Source: Pelomyxa schiedti
Lineage: Eukaryota; Protista; Evosea
Direction: 5' to 3'
NCBI GenBank assembly: GCA_020536535.1
Contig: JAHLWZ010000864.1
Location: 1-64,000 of the forward strand
DNA length: 64,000 bases
The notes under the pieces are model-generated. The model was given only the letters and a program-made list of their open reading frames with translations, did no database searches and was not told the DNA's origin. How positions within the stretch are numbered: position 1 is the first letter of the stretch; each line of letters starts with the position of its first letter. Positions 29,284 through 43,168 of this stretch are shown here, piece by piece. The translations under genes and the position numbers were made by a program.

Positions 29284-31425
29284 ATGTCGGATAGTTTAGG
29301 TTCACAACGGCAACGTTCGAATGGACCACCACCAAGACTAGAACAACCAGCGGCGTCACCATCTCACCTGCGAGATCTGTGCGACACACAAGATCCCGAA
29401 CTCCCCGGTCTGGACGACACCGACACGACGACAGCGAACGCCGAAATCGCGGCAGATCCAGCCGACACTAATGCAACCACGGAGATCCCGCCAGATCCAG
29501 CTGTCTCGAGTGCATCCACCACTACGCCGAGTACCGTAGAAACTACGCCGTCATATGTATCGGCGGCTCCACCTGTACCCACGCCGATTGGCCACCGTAG
29601 ATTACCGAGCGTAAACGTCCGTAGCAAGCCAGTTGCACAGCATGGTGTGCCTTTGAAGCCCAACATGGGCGATATCGCAGAGGAGTGCACTGCTAGTGGG
29701 CACGTCGGAGCCAAGTTGTTGGCACTTGAGAATTGCTATCCAACATTCAAACAATTCGAAACGTATCACAAGAGATGGTCAGAACAACCCCTTCGGGTAG
29801 GAACCCCTTACTTTTGTCAAAATTTATTGCTATCAAGGATCCACGACCTACACCAACGAAAATAGCCAAATCCAATTCGTTTACATCAAAACTTCATAAG
29901 CAAAATGGCAATGAAAGAGAGGTTTCTATTTATTGATCATTGCCATAATAGGCTGACACAGTTCAGGTCTCTGAGTGGTACCAAAAATTCATTAAATCTG
30001 TAAAGAATCTATCTGACGATGATATCGATCTTAATGTTTTTGTGGATCACTTCAGAGACGTTTCTAAGTGGCTTCCTTGTACTATGTTTTCCTATCATTT
30101 GTCTCACTGAAAACTCTGTAGTTTGGAAGCGCACCCTCTGTTCTTGGTTTTAAAAGGCTCTCTTCAAGAGAGCAAACTTGGCATGATGGCTGTATCTGAT
30201 ATTGGAAGCTCCATTGCAGTCGACAGACTTGTTGAGGCTGCTGAAGTGTGTGCAAGTAGATATCATTTCACAACAGACTGTCTGCTAACAAAGTAATATA
30301 GCCAAGATGAGTAATGAAGCCGTCAAAGTTTACAAACCACTGAAACATCTGCGAAGTGTACTGGACAGATCCATGGTGGAACTCATTTTCCAAGAAAATT
30401 ATCTTTTATTGTGGACGAACTACTGCCAAACAGTTATCTTCCTGTTTATGAAACCTGACCTGACTTTAGCAGTTCGAGTGCCAAGATGTGAGTCTTAGGG
30501 AGAAAGCGAGTCAGTTTCTTACAATTTCACCTGCACATATGGGCCTAAAGCAACAATTTTGGCTAACTGAAGTACATTTTCTTCTTACTGAATCCTGATT
30601 TATAAAGCACAGACACACCAAAGAGGAGCTGTAGAGATGTTAGCCGATACCAAACCCTATGGAGTGGCAATAGAAAGTATAGCATAACTTCTGGATGTTA
30701 ACGTCTCAACTACTAAAACAGCTGCAAAAAACCTCAACGCGGCAAGAACGCCGTGGGCCAAAATACAAGTTTTGATTGGTAATTTATTTCCCTTCCTTCT
30801 CCTTTTAAGTTTCTTTAGATGTTGGTAAGGCAATATCAAGTTGTGTATGTTTGTTCTGGGGAAAGGAAGTTTACAATAAAATGCGAATGTATTTTATCTT
30901 TGTTTTCTAGTTGTGTTTCTCACATCTCTTTAGGACTGCTGATGAGTTTCTTCCACTATTTGCCTTTGTAATTCTAAAAGCAAATTTACAGCACCCATTT
31001 ACAGGTAGTCACCCTCTTTCAACCTGAATAACTTTTCCATAGAATGCAAGTTCATTGAGCATTTTCTGGGTGACGAAGACCTTGAAGGCGAACCTGGCTA
31101 CATATTTGTGACCTATCAAACAGCTTTGTCACTGATCCTACGGATGCAACCTGACCAAGTTATCAACTTAGCGTCATTAGACTTTGCTGCCAAGAAAGCT
31201 GCTCCCACTTCAACGACCACTACCACCACACCACCGGTAACAGCACCAAGTACCACCCCTCCTTCCACTCCCACCAAAGAATCCCGGTCCGGCTCATCTC
31301 TCGCCACAAGTGTACTTAGCCTTGTAACGGCTATGACATCACGGCACCCCAGCAGTAGTACACACACCGCAGACACGCCGCAATCACCCAAACCTCCTAA
31401 CACACCCTCATCATCCTCGCACTGA
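29284..31425 (+). CDS. VPS9-domain protein (Rab5-family GEF)
   Basis: Spliced ADEFLPLFAFVILKANLQHPF...FIEHFLGDEDLEGEPGYIFVTYQTAL matches VPS9 motifs. Pro/Thr-rich termini. Confidence 0.8.
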
Positions 31426-31616
31426 GGCCAAATGCCTCTGCCCTCGCAGGATTCTCCCATTTACGAATGTGGCATTGTTGTACGAGTAACCAAACAAAAC
31501 ATACGAATCAATGTGATCAAATCAAACACATCCACGCAGACTAAAAAGTAACCCAAGAACACGAGAGGAAATTCCAGGTTTCGTCGCCGTCTAATTAATA
31601 GTCCAAGTTCTAAACC

Positions 31617-33984
31617 ATGCCCAAGAACAATTCCCCACACCGCAACAACAACAACAAAAACAAAACGCAGCAGCACAACAACAAGATGCAGGCCCAGCAA
31701 CAACAAGCGCAGCCGCAGCCGTCGTCATCGGCCGAAGCGACGACCGCGACGACAACCGCAGCGGCGACGGCGCCCGCGAAGCCGCGCTACGAAGTGGTGA
31801 AGGAGCAGGGAAACACGCTGTTCCAGGAAAACCAGTTCGGCGCCGCCATCGACAAGTACACAGAGGCGATCGAGGAGTACAACCGCACGCCAGGGGCGGA
31901 GGTGGCGGTGGCGGTGGGGGGCGCGACGGGGGGAGGCAAGGGGGCGAGCGGCGGCGGCGGCGGCGGAGGGAGCAACAAGCCCAGGATGGTGCACCCCCTG
32001 GCTGTGCTGTACTCGAACAGGGCATTCGCAAATATAAAGATGGAGGTTGCTGATTTGTTCTTACTACTGACTGTGTTGTTGCCTTTTTTTTTTTTTTTTT
32101 TTTTTTTTTGTTTTTTTGTTTTTTGTTTTTTTTTTTGGTTCTGTTCTTTGACTTCATGTATAAAACAAAATAAAAGTAATCATATTGACTTCGCTTTTGG
32201 TTATTTTTCCGTGCATTCATTGGTGTAAACTTTCTTTGTCCAGACTTATGGAGCGGCATTGGATGACGCTACAAAAGCTCTAGAATTCGATACTAAATAT
32301 CCTAAAGCGTGAGCCATTTAACTCCTTCACAACCCTTTAACTCAATTTTTTCTTCAGGTATTATAGGAGAGGATCGGCCCTGCTTGCTTTGGGAAAGGCA
32401 GAAGAAGCCGAAAACGACTTCCGTGCAGTTCTGGGCTTTTCTCCCCGTGACACTGTAATCTTCAACCCTTTCTTTCCCTCTTCTTTGACATAACCCAAGG
32501 ATGCCATTTCCAAAGTCCGTGACTGCGAACTTATGCGCAAAAAGCTTGCATTCCAAGCTGCCATTAGTGGACTAGGTGATTCTGCCATGGCCAAGCCTCC
32601 TCCACCTCTTTTCCAATCAGAAACAATTGCAGCCTCCCTTCCCTCCATAAAGATCGACCCTACTTACACAGGATTTCATTGGCCTGCCTCTTATTTACCT
32701 TCTACACCCGCCACTGACAAGTCCACCACATCAACCACATCGTCTACATCTTCTGAAGTAACATCATCTCCCTCAACACCAACTATGCCAACAGTTCAAC
32801 ATGTAGCTGAAATGATGGCTGAATTCAAGAAGCAAAATAAAATTCACATAAAATACGCTTATACCATTGTGCTGCAAGCACTAGCTCTGCTAAAACAATG
32901 CCCAACCTTGGTGGAGGTGAAGGTTCCACCCGAAGGGATATTTAACTTGTGTGGAGACGTTCACGGACAATTCTTTGATCTATGCAAGTGAGTTTTTTTC
33001 CTCACCCCTTTCCTTAAAAATGTGTTGGGATATTTTCATGTTTGGCCAACTAAGAAATTCACAGGATATTTGAGCTCAATGGACTACCATCAGAAACCAA
33101 CCCCTACCTGTTCAATGGTGAGCCACTTTTACCTAGAGGCGCCCTAATGTTTTAATACAGGCGACTTTGTTGACAGAGGAAGCTTCAGCTGTGAAATTAT
33201 TCTCACATTGTTTGCACTCAAAGTTTGTCTGCCAAATGCCATTTTCCTAGCCAGAGGAAATCATGAGACAGCGAGTATGAACAAGTTGTACGGCTTCGAA
33301 GGTGAATGCAAAGCAAAGTATTCCGATGAGTTCTACACACTGTGCCTGGAGACATTCGCCTGGCTTCCTTTAGCCCATGTGTTGCGGCCATCTTCATGGA
33401 TATCTGATGAGGCCGCGGATACTGAAGAGGCAGCTGCAAAGGCAGCCGGCATCTCCGAACCACGCAAAAAAAGAGGAGTGTTTGTAGTACACGGCGGGCT
33501 TCCAGTGAGTGACGTAAGTCTAGCACAGATCAAGTCATTGGACAGAGTGATGGCCGAAATATCCGAGACTGGTACTTCTCGTTCTATTAACACATTTAAT
33601 TTACCATTTTTAGGCCTTGCATCCGACCTGCTCTGGTCTGACCCCCAAGCTCAAAACGGAAAATCCATGAGCAAGCGAGGGGTTGGATATTCCTTTGGGC
33701 CAGACATTACACAGAGGTTCCTAACCCGCAACAAACTGGGCCTGGTTGTGCGCTCCCACGAAGTGAAGCCAATGGGTCACGAAGTGGAGCAAGGAGGACT
33801 CCTCGTCACCGTTTTCAGTGCACCGAATTACTGCGGGTTCACCGGCAACAAGGGGTGCATTCTGCGGTTCTCAAGTGATTTATCCTACACAGCAGTTCCG
33901 TTTGAACCGGCCAGTGACACCCCAAAGGATGTTCCCACCATGGCTTATGCTGGACCTCTGTTCAGGCTTCTTTCTGGTAATTAA
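31617..33984 (+). CDS. PPP5C: Serine/threonine protein phosphatase 5 (TPR + PPP catalytic domain)
   Basis: TPR segments (KEQGNTLFQENQFGAAIDKYTEAI, LYSNRAFANIK, YYRRG). Catalytic motifs GDVHGQ, NGDFVDRG, RGNHE, HGG, RSHE and TVFSAPNYC. C-terminal MAYA. Confidence 0.96.
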
Positions 33985-34125
33985 TGACACAACAAACACA
34001 CGCAGTTACCCTCAGCCCTTCTATGAACCCCTATTTAAATTCCCAACCAGTAACAACAAGGACACGTTTCCTCTCACAAACAATCTGTTATGTCTTTATT
34101 TGTTTGGTTTGGTTTGGTTTGGATT

Positions 34126-37100
34126 CTATTGCATGGCAAGAAGAGCAAGGCACCGAGTCTTCTGATCAGTCAAGGGTAATAGTGACACTTCAGTGACTGC
34201 CTTTAACCACGTCAGTTGCTGGGTTGTTTAAATTGTGGCAACCTGTGAGTAGAGAGCTCCGAAACCGGCCAAATCGTTAAACGTTGTAGAGACTGTCATG
34301 TTCAATCCCAGCTGCCCAGCAACCAACAAGGACGGGTAGTCATCAGGGAAGTATTGAGGCCAAAGAGTGTCAAACATTGCCTGGGAGATGATAGTTTAGA
34401 ATGCAATGTCGGTGTAAATAGTAATTGTATACCTTGCAACTTTGAAGGGCACCGAGTTGTCGGGTGTAGTCGGTAAACAGGAGAGAGTTCTGAAGGGACT
34501 CTGCAAAGGTCATTGCAACCTCCGTTGTTGTTTTGGTTGGAATAGGAGTTCTGATATTCACGATAACGGAGAGAGTTGAACCATCGTACTCCCAGGTGTT
34601 CAGAAATTCTAGGAAAAAAGGTTTTCACCCACAATCTGATTACAGGATTTCTTGAGCGAAATACCTTTTTGCTTGCCACCATCGTCAAATTGGACGAATT
34701 TGTTGTCGAGCCTTACAGCGGCAGGAGGCCACACACCCCTAAATTTTAGCCTGTACGTTCTGGCTTCAGGCATACTTGGGAACCCTTTTCCCTCATACGG
34801 GTTAACCCTTAGAATCAAGATATTTGCGTCCGCCTACGTAAGTCAATCTCATGATTGTATTGTATAATAATATTACGGGCTTATTACCTTGACAATAACG
34901 CTGGTCTTGGCCCATTCACCCAAGACGTATCGGGTGGTCAAACCATCATCGTCGTAGTAGTAAGATGTTACTGCTTTGCCAACTGATCCTGGGAATACCT
35001 GAAGGCATTTCAGTAAGTGTTTAAAAAGAAATCTCAAACACACAAGAAGCTCCAAAGACTCCGGTACATCTTGAGCAGAACCCAGGAGTGCAGATTTTGT
35101 CATATCTAACCTTGGAATAACAGTTCCGGCACTGTTTTCAATTAGAAAACTTATTGCGCGAAGTTCTTCTGCTTACGAAACGTAAATCGGAATTTCTTGG
35201 ATGGAGAATTGCCGGGTAATCATTTTCGGACCAGTGAACATCTTTCCAGAATACCATTCTACCCAATTACCAGGAGGAACCCAGATTTTCTGTATTTATG
35301 GAGTTGGTGAAATAATTGGCTACTGAGAGAACAGAAAGGACTACCTGAATAGCAAGACCATTCTCATCGGATTTGGCAACGATAGGGGAAACGAACATCG
35401 AGGGGCCAAACCAGTATTGATTCGTTACGAGATACGCCTCCTAAAGAAAAAAGATTCTCAGGGGTGAAAAAAAATGAATAACATAGCACACATCATTATC
35501 AGGGTGCGTGTAGTACATTGGGCGCAGCAGTCCAATGCCTGAGAGCTCATCATAGGCAGCAGAGGAGATGTAAGGAACGAGGGAAGCTCTTAACTGATAG
35601 TGTGCTTGAGTTGGAAATTGAAGTGATGTGATGTATGACGAGTATAACCTGGAAGGCCTCCCTCATCGTCTTAAAAGAATCATAAGGGTACAACCAGATA
35701 TCTCTATTGAAGCCATCCTTTCCATTGCAATGAACACGAAGAGTGGGCGAGAAAGCACTCCACTGTATCCACCTTGTAAAAAGTTCCGCATCAGGTTGTC
35801 CTTCAAAACCTCCCGTATCATGACTGGAGGAGGATTATTTTTTGGGAACAATAAAGTAGGTTTCATGAAGTCAGAACCTCCAAAGGAATCCTCCAACGTT
35901 CGACGCTGTTGCAGTGAAGTAGGGTTGAAAGGCCAGGGATGCCCATGAAGTCTGGGTATCACCACTGAATCCAATCTGACCGAGTCGGTGGTTACCTAGA
36001 CCACCCCATCGAGCCATAAGCATCGGTCTCTCCTCACCACTGTGAATAAATTTAGAACACCTTTTGCTTGAGTAGTCGTACCTCCACCAGGAAGGATTTG
36101 TTGTAAAAACGTAGTTCACCCACCAGGTGGGATTGACATTGGGTGCCAGCATTCCTTAGAGTGGTAAGTGACTTGAAATGGGATGTTGTCTGTACGTTCT
36201 CCTTGCTGGTAATCGACCCACCAGTAATCCACTCCATTTCCTTGAATAGGGTCCATCACAATATCGAAAAAGCCTGTGCTCCAGTTTTTATTGGCCAAGA
36301 CATAAGGTACGGTGACTCTGGAAGCTGGGTCGATTCCCTAGAGACACTTTAATTATTCCCAGTGGGAAATTTTGCTTACCCAATATCGAGCCATTTCGGG
36401 GTAGGTCGCTTCAATGCATTGAACCCCGGAATTAGGGTGGTTATTTAGTGTTACACGTACGCCTCTTTTGTGAAGCCTAGGAGGGTCAATAAGATTTTAA
36501 TACAGTGGTTTATCACAAACCAGGAAATAAAGCGACTTGGATCAGGGAAAAGATTTGTGTTCCATGTAAAACCTACAGGTGAATGAGTGAGGGAGCAAAA
36601 AAAGAACGAGAAAGGGTTGTACCAGTCCATGAATCAAAATACGGCAAGCAATTCGTAGTCATATGGTTCCAGGATGTGTGCCAGTCCATATCCTAAAAAT
36701 GGATTAGTTCGCCACAGTGGAAAGAAATTAACACACCAGGACCAAAACATCCAATGGAATTTCGTGCTCCACAAAGCCCTGCTCAATCAATAGTCTCTCG
36801 TCCTCTTCATTGTAGGCGTACCACCTTATACATCCCTCAATACAAGAAGGTAATTACAACCAGGAGGGACAAACCTGCTGTATTGCGGGCCGTAAGTATA
36901 CCTTGGAAGAAGTGGATGTGGTGCAGACAGCAATGTGAAGTCTTTAAGCGCCTGGACATACTCGTGTCCGTGTCCAAAGAAATACCAGTCTTGATGGAAA
37001 ACGGACTGGTCGCTACAAGTGATATGAGAGGGATGAAGAAATTACGAGATGAAGAAATACATTGGGTAGAAGCATTCAGGTATTCCGGGGTTCCCAGGTG

Positions 37101-37924
37101 CAAAACAACAACCCATAGACTCGCACTGTGCCTGGCCGCCAATACTATTAGGATTGCTGTGCGACAACAAGTGAGAAGTGAAATAGAATTATACGAGTGG
37201 TACCAGTCAACTTTGGTGGAATCAGGAAGTGCACAAGTTTGCTCGTTTATTGGTGGTGATGTAAACCAAGGCCACGAGTGTGAATCAAATTGGGGGCTGT
37301 TGTTCCGCGGTAAGATTGTAAACACTCACTATTTAGTAACATTACCTTGAAGTGTCATTTATCAGAACCCATCCATCTCGTGATATCACGCCAAGTGTGC
37401 AGTGAGAATCAGAAAGCTATAGGTTTTTTATCATTAAGGGCATGTAGGTTGATAGAATACCTTTGCAGTGTCCATGTTTGGACAGTACAATTCAGTGGCA
37501 CCATCAACGGTGTCAAGTGTACGAATGGTACCGAGCAAGTTTCCGCTGGGAGGAAGTGATGGTCTCCACGTAACACCCATTTTCTTCACCACAATTTGAA
37601 GATTGTCGTCGGTAAAGATTCCAGCAAATTGACTGTTGTAAACAACAATGACATCGTCGGTCTATACGGAGAGTAAAAAAAAAGAAAAAAAAAAGCAACC
37701 ACAAACCTCGATTTGCAACACCGTTCCAAGCCACGTGACCTCGAAGCGAGGTGTCGCGAGATTTCGGTTTACGAACGCGAACGTAGCCGAGTCAACAAAT
37801 TGACCAACGCCGGCACTGCTGTACTCGCAGCGAACAACTTGCTTCGTCAAAACGGTGAAGCGAACCTTCGTAAGTCGGTCACCTCAAAGTACGCGGCGCA
37901 ATTTATCACGTATTAGATTACGAT
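34126..37924 (-). CDS. Glycoside hydrolase family 31 (alpha-glucosidase/xylosidase-like, DUF5110-type); 5' end lost in gap
   Basis: RFTVLTKQVVRCEYS, GNLLGTIRTLDTVDG, YWWVDYQQG and RWGGLGNHRLGQIGFSGDTQTSWASLAFQPYFTATASNVG. Many short introns. Confidence 0.88.
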
Positions 37925-38024
37925 NNNNNNNNNNNNNNNNNNNNNNNNNNNNNNNNNNNNNNNNNNNNNNNNNNNNNNNNNNNNNNNNNNNNNNNNNNNN
38001 NNNNNNNNNNNNNNNNNNNNNNNN

Positions 38025-38125
38025 TCGTCATATTCATCAACATCCCCTTCATCTTCATAGTCACCCTCGTCTTCCTCGTCTTCCTCGTCTTCATCCTCCT
38101 CGTCCTCATCATACTCCCCCTCATC
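38025..38125 (-). repeat. Coding GAG/GAC/GAT trinucleotide-rich repeat (Asp/Glu tail) adjoining the gap
   Basis: The plus strand is (tcX)n-like, cttcctcgtcttcctcgtc..., encoding poly-acidic residues on the minus strand. Confidence 0.7.
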
Positions 38126-40180
38126 ACCTTCATGTGGTCCAAGGCTTGCACCTGCGGGAGGCTGGTGCACTCCCAGACGGCCCAGTATAGACCCCGCGGC
38201 TTCCCTGATTTGTGAGTTCGGGTGCACAGATAGCTTGGTAAGCCTCTGTACCCACTTGTTCTCCCTCATTTGCTGGGCAACTGTGGTTGCCCCTACTTGC
38301 ATAGAAAAGTCGATAGCCTGAACTTGTTGTTAGTAGGAGTTTGTCACTACATTTGCACACAGGAATTAGTTGTTCCATGAGTTTCTCGTCTCTGAAGAAA
38401 ACTGGGTCATACAGTGCGGAAACAAAATTTAGAGAAATGAGGTGCCTGTATTGGTTAAATACACCTTTGGAACATTTAATGCAGCACACTCAGCAACAGT
38501 TTGGCTCCCACAATTGATGGAGTTTGTAAGAGCCCAACAAGCTTCCTTCTTAACATTGGGGTCATCGTCTTTAAGACATTTCAGTAGGGGCTTCAGTAAG
38601 CCACTGTTATAAAGGGAAATAGTTTGGTCTCTAGTAAAACTGTGAGTTCAAAGCACACTGATGTAAGGTTTTGATTAATGAGAGCTAACTTAGTTCCGCC
38701 AGAAATGTTAGACAACTGTGGGTAATAAGATGAAGTCACAATTTATGACTAAGGAAAATTACCAACCAACATGATGACTTCTTTAATTGGGGGACCTTGA
38801 GACTTGGATTTTTAAGTTACAATGAAAATATCTGAAATACTGACATTTTATGCATAACAGGAAAGATTCCAGCATTAATTACAGCCTGAAAGTTTTTTGG
38901 TGTGTAGTATGAATACTGGAAGTCATACTTGGGTTTGGGCATCACTAAAAGCAGTCAGTTGAAATATGGTCATAAGCACTAACATACTTTCCACTTGCTA
39001 CATTTCCAAGGGCGTGCAAAGCCGTATTGCGGATAGGAACACTATCACTTCGCTAGGTTGCTAAATAAATAGGAAGTTCTGGCATAGAGGGTACGTACAT
39101 CAAGCACACCGACAAGAGCTTCACATATCTTGGAATCGACCAAAGCCTGAACCATTTCAGGGGAGTTGTCAGACATGTAACACACTGTCCTTTTAGACTT
39201 TAAGTTGAAGTTTTAGGTTTAAAGGCATGTACCAAGTGGTGTCTGTCAGGACATCGTTAAACTGGTGTGAGAATAACGGAAGCAGAGTTGGTAATGCTGC
39301 ACAAACGTCATGTAATTAATTGATCTTGTTTCCATTCATGTCACAAACCTGGTATCAAAAACTGTGGATTTGGAGGGGGTTTGTGTCTACAAAGATTTGA
39401 AAATGTCCAAATCTTTATGAATTTTAGTAAAGCCATAGAATAGAGTATTAAAGTATGAAACCGTATTTGTCAGAGTCGACATTGGAATTGTGTTATACTT
39501 GGCAAGCAGTCTTACTATTGGAGGTATAGCATCCATTTTTATGATATAATCGCGCATGGTGGAGTTGGTGCCTGCGATGTTTCCTAACCCCCATACTGCC
39601 TAATTTTAAAAGGGAAGAAACAAAAACCCAAAGAACACAAAGAGTGTCTTAGTTACCTGCTCGCATAGTTCATAGTTGGTTGAATCAATAAGATGAATAA
39701 AAACTTGAACAGCACCGGCATCTATTACAGCTTGTGACTGCCTTGCGTTTCCACTGGCAACTATTCGACAATAATAAAAGGAATTGTTAGTCTCAAACGG
39801 AAGGGGAAAAAAAGCACCATTTGTAACTGCCCAAGCGGCTTCGTATACTAATGTTGGTTTGTCTTCCTAAAAGGTGGTCAGATAATCCCGGTTTATTTTT
39901 GACATATTACCATCCCCATGAACCTAACCAAATGAGGCAGAACGTGACTTTCCACTACTTCTTGTATTGGAGGCGACTCCTCTTTTTGAAAAGTTACCAA
40001 TGGAAGATGTGCTGGCAGGATTACCTATAGACAACAACTTCCTGAGTTGAGTTGTTGCCGGAAGGTAGAGTGTCTCGTCGTCCCCGCCGCACATTTCGGC
40101 CAGTTGTTCGATAGTGCAGTTCTATTCAACCAATAAGATGGAGCATCTCCGTAGCTACGCCTTACCTCCACGTCCGTCAT
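38025..40180 (-). CDS. Importin-alpha-like ARM-repeat protein lacking the IBB domain; 3' end runs into gap
   Basis: Spliced ATTQLRKLLSIEESPPIQEVVES, YEAAWAVTNVASG, EQAVWGLGNIAG and VRKEACWALTNI, then an acidic tail EYDEDEEDEDEED. Confidence 0.9.
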
Positions 40181-40383
40181 GATCTCCTCGAAAAGAAAGT
40201 AATGTATGCACACATCAAGATCTCGAAGAGCCCACAGAATTCATCAGCCTTGAGCCAGTCACCTCACAAAGCCATTCACCCACGCATGCGCCACTGAGAG
40301 ATCTTGATTTATTTCGGAGTTCTGTCAGTGAGGGACTGCCATCACTGTGGCTTTTTTTCCCCTTCGTTTTTTAATTACACGAA

Positions 40384-41170
40384 ATGGGTGACAGGGCAGC
40401 TGTGGTTTCGTTGTTTCAGGATTTAGTGAGGAGAGGTTTAGCCCATAATTTCACCGTGGTCGATAAGGATTCCTTGTTGTTCACAAGTGTGGATTCAGTT
40501 CTTCTTTTTTTTTCCCTGCCAGAAAAAAAAAACCACTGGTGAGTGACTGTTGTGTGCACAAGAAACAGCCGAGGCTCGAGTGCTATTACGCGAAATCAGC
40601 GATTCTCTGAGACGGGCTGGGTTCTCTGACTCTGTGAGGACACAAGTGACCAAAAAGATGAGGCACTTTTTGCTGGCTTCAAAGAACGCTAATTTGGTTG
40701 CTCAGTATGCATTGTTTGATGTTGGATGGGTAATGTACTGCTTCTCTATATATTTTCTCCCAGCCAAGCGAAACTTACTTAACAGTTATAGCTGTACTCG
40801 TATGAGTATTCTCTGGTTGTAGAACGCTGTGAAGACAATGGAATTTTGTGGAATGTTACCTACAAAACGTGGCATATAAGGGCGTGCAAGTACAAATCCA
40901 TTGTGGTGCAAGCTGATGGCGTAATACTGTTTGTGCAAGTTAACCCACTTACCGGCAGTCAGGTGTCATGAATATGCCCATTACTTATTGTAATTTAGAG
41001 GTAGTTTTCTTGCTCTTACATTCCACAGAAAAAGGCAATCAAGGAGGTATTAAAGGAGTGGAATTCACCCCAGAGCAATGACTTTCTCACTAATTTTTCC
41101 ATAGGCAATAGAGACAATCTCCTCTGAGCATCCGGCCCTCTCCGAGCAATTCCGTACTTCCCTATTCTGA
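40384..41170 (+). CDS. Multi-exon hypothetical protein
   Basis: ATG at 40384, divergent from importin-alpha. Exons such as ETAEARVLLREISDSLRRAGFSDSVRTQV are bounded by GT-AG. No family recognised. Confidence 0.45.
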
Positions 41171-41323
41171 GAGAACACGAATGCATTCACTCGTTTCCCT
41201 TATGTAAAGTGTGAGTACCAGTTCCTCCCTTCCTTCTGTAAATGGAAATGCTCCCGTTTTTTTTGTTTTAGAAGTTTTTCGTTAGATTCGAAACAACTCG
41301 TTTTAACGAAAAGTAAAGGGACC

Positions 41324-42889
41324 ATGGGGTGCGGGGTGTCGGTAGAGGAAACGCGTAACCACGAAATTGAGACCCAATTGCAACAGTGGGACCAGGAAAT
41401 GCATAGGGAATTCAAACTGCTACTACTTGGTCCGTTTCCGGTGTTTTTTTTTTTTTTTTTTTATGTTTATTATTTTTGTGACCATGGAGTTATAACATGG
41501 TTGGGAATCGGGGACTAAATTTCTCTTTTCCCCGTTTTTCATTTTTTTTCCCCTCTAGGTACGGGAGAATCAGGCAAAAGTACACTGGTCAAACAAATGA
41601 AGATTTTATTTTTGAATGGCTACACGGAGGAAGAACTACGGAAGTTCAAGCCAGTTATTTTCAACAACTGTGTGTCCTCTATGAGGACATTGTGTGCAGC
41701 TTGTTTGCATATGCGTATACCAGTTGCCCCTGGTCACGAGGTGAAGAAATTCATGCACTCTCTTATCTTAGGCATATTTACTCATTTCGTTTAACCTAGG
41801 AAGCCGTAACAACTTTTGCAACTGACCCGGCCCTGCAAAACTTTTCTGATCCAATTCCCCCTGAAATGGCAGCTCAAATCAAAACTCTATGGGCTGATCC
41901 AGGAATTCGCGCTTGCTTTGCTCGATCAGCAGAGTTCCAACTGTTGGATTGTGCTCAGTAGTATGATCCCAACCGAGTTATCTTCTTTCACGTTTTGAAT
42001 GGCATCCTAGTTACATTGAGAATGTGGACCGCTTAGCGAGTGCCGATTATGTTCCCACTCAAGATGTACAAATACTATTCCCACCTTTAGGGAGTATAAC
42101 CTTATGAAACAGGATGTGCTTAGATGCCGTGTTAAAACAACGGGTATACATGAGCTGACGTTCAAAGATGGAAACTTTACCTACAGGTACCACAGCCATT
42201 GTTTTCTTCGTGGCGAGATTATTAATTTGTGTAGGATGGTTGATGTTGGTGGCCAACGGAATGAAAGGAGGAAATGGCTGCATTGTTTCCAAGATGTTAC
42301 AGCAGTACTTTATGTTGTCGCGTTGAGGTATCTGCTATCACAATTTAAAAGCCGTAATGGCCCTCAAGTGAGTATGATTTGCGCTTGTATGAAAATGATG
42401 AAACAAACCGAATGGCCGAGTCTCTAAGGCTATTCAAGGTCTAATTGTGAAAGGAAATTATTTGTGAAAACTCACTGGGTTTTTTCCTGTATTAGGAAGT
42501 GTCTGGTTTGCCCTGGTTTCGAAACTCTCAAATAATTCTATTCCTCAACAAAAGAGATACCTTTGAGGAAAAAATAACACATGTACCCCTAACAGCGGGT
42601 TTCCCCGAGTACACAGGTTGCAAAGCATCCTTTTTAACAAAAACCAACAAGTAAGCAGGGCACAATACTTTTGCCGAGGCGTCAGAATACATTAAAACTC
42701 AATTTATGAACATGGACTCCTCCAAAAAACACATTTTCACACACATTGTTTGTGCCACAGATACCAAAATTGTAAAGCAGCTGTTCAATGATGTAAAGGT
42801 CTGTGCTTGGTTTTTTTCCTACAACATCTTAACACCAATCACAGGAGATCATCATTTCCAATGCCGCACACACCACGGGTGGTGCTTGA
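41324..42889 (+). CDS. Heterotrimeric G protein alpha subunit
   Basis: MGC acylation start, [44 protein letters not shown] and VCATDT. All introns read are GT-AG. Confidence 0.97.
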
Positions 42890-43168
42890 GCCCCATGAAG
42901 TTAAATGACACATCCAACACACATATAATGTAAAAACAAAGTAAAGATATTTTTTTTAGAGTATTCCAACCCTTTTTTTGTCTTCGTTGAAATGCTGAGG
43001 GAATGAAGACGAGAAGGAAACGGAGGAACCGTGGGGAAAGGAAAAAACTTCTGAGCCTGAGGAGGGAGGCGCCTCCGTCGGGTGCAGCTCAGAGTTTCGG
43101 TGACATCTGTCAAGTGCTCCCAAAAAAGAACCGACCAAGTGACGGCTTTTCGTTGGCAGCTCCTTTTC

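Noticed and set aside
29420-29510. Short internal duplication in the VPS9 gene (DTTTANAEIAADPA / DTNATTEIPPDPA)
   Set aside because: Ordinary slippage in a disordered region.
36754-37350. 198-aa plus-strand ORF
   Set aside because: Antisense to GH31 exons; no independent motif.
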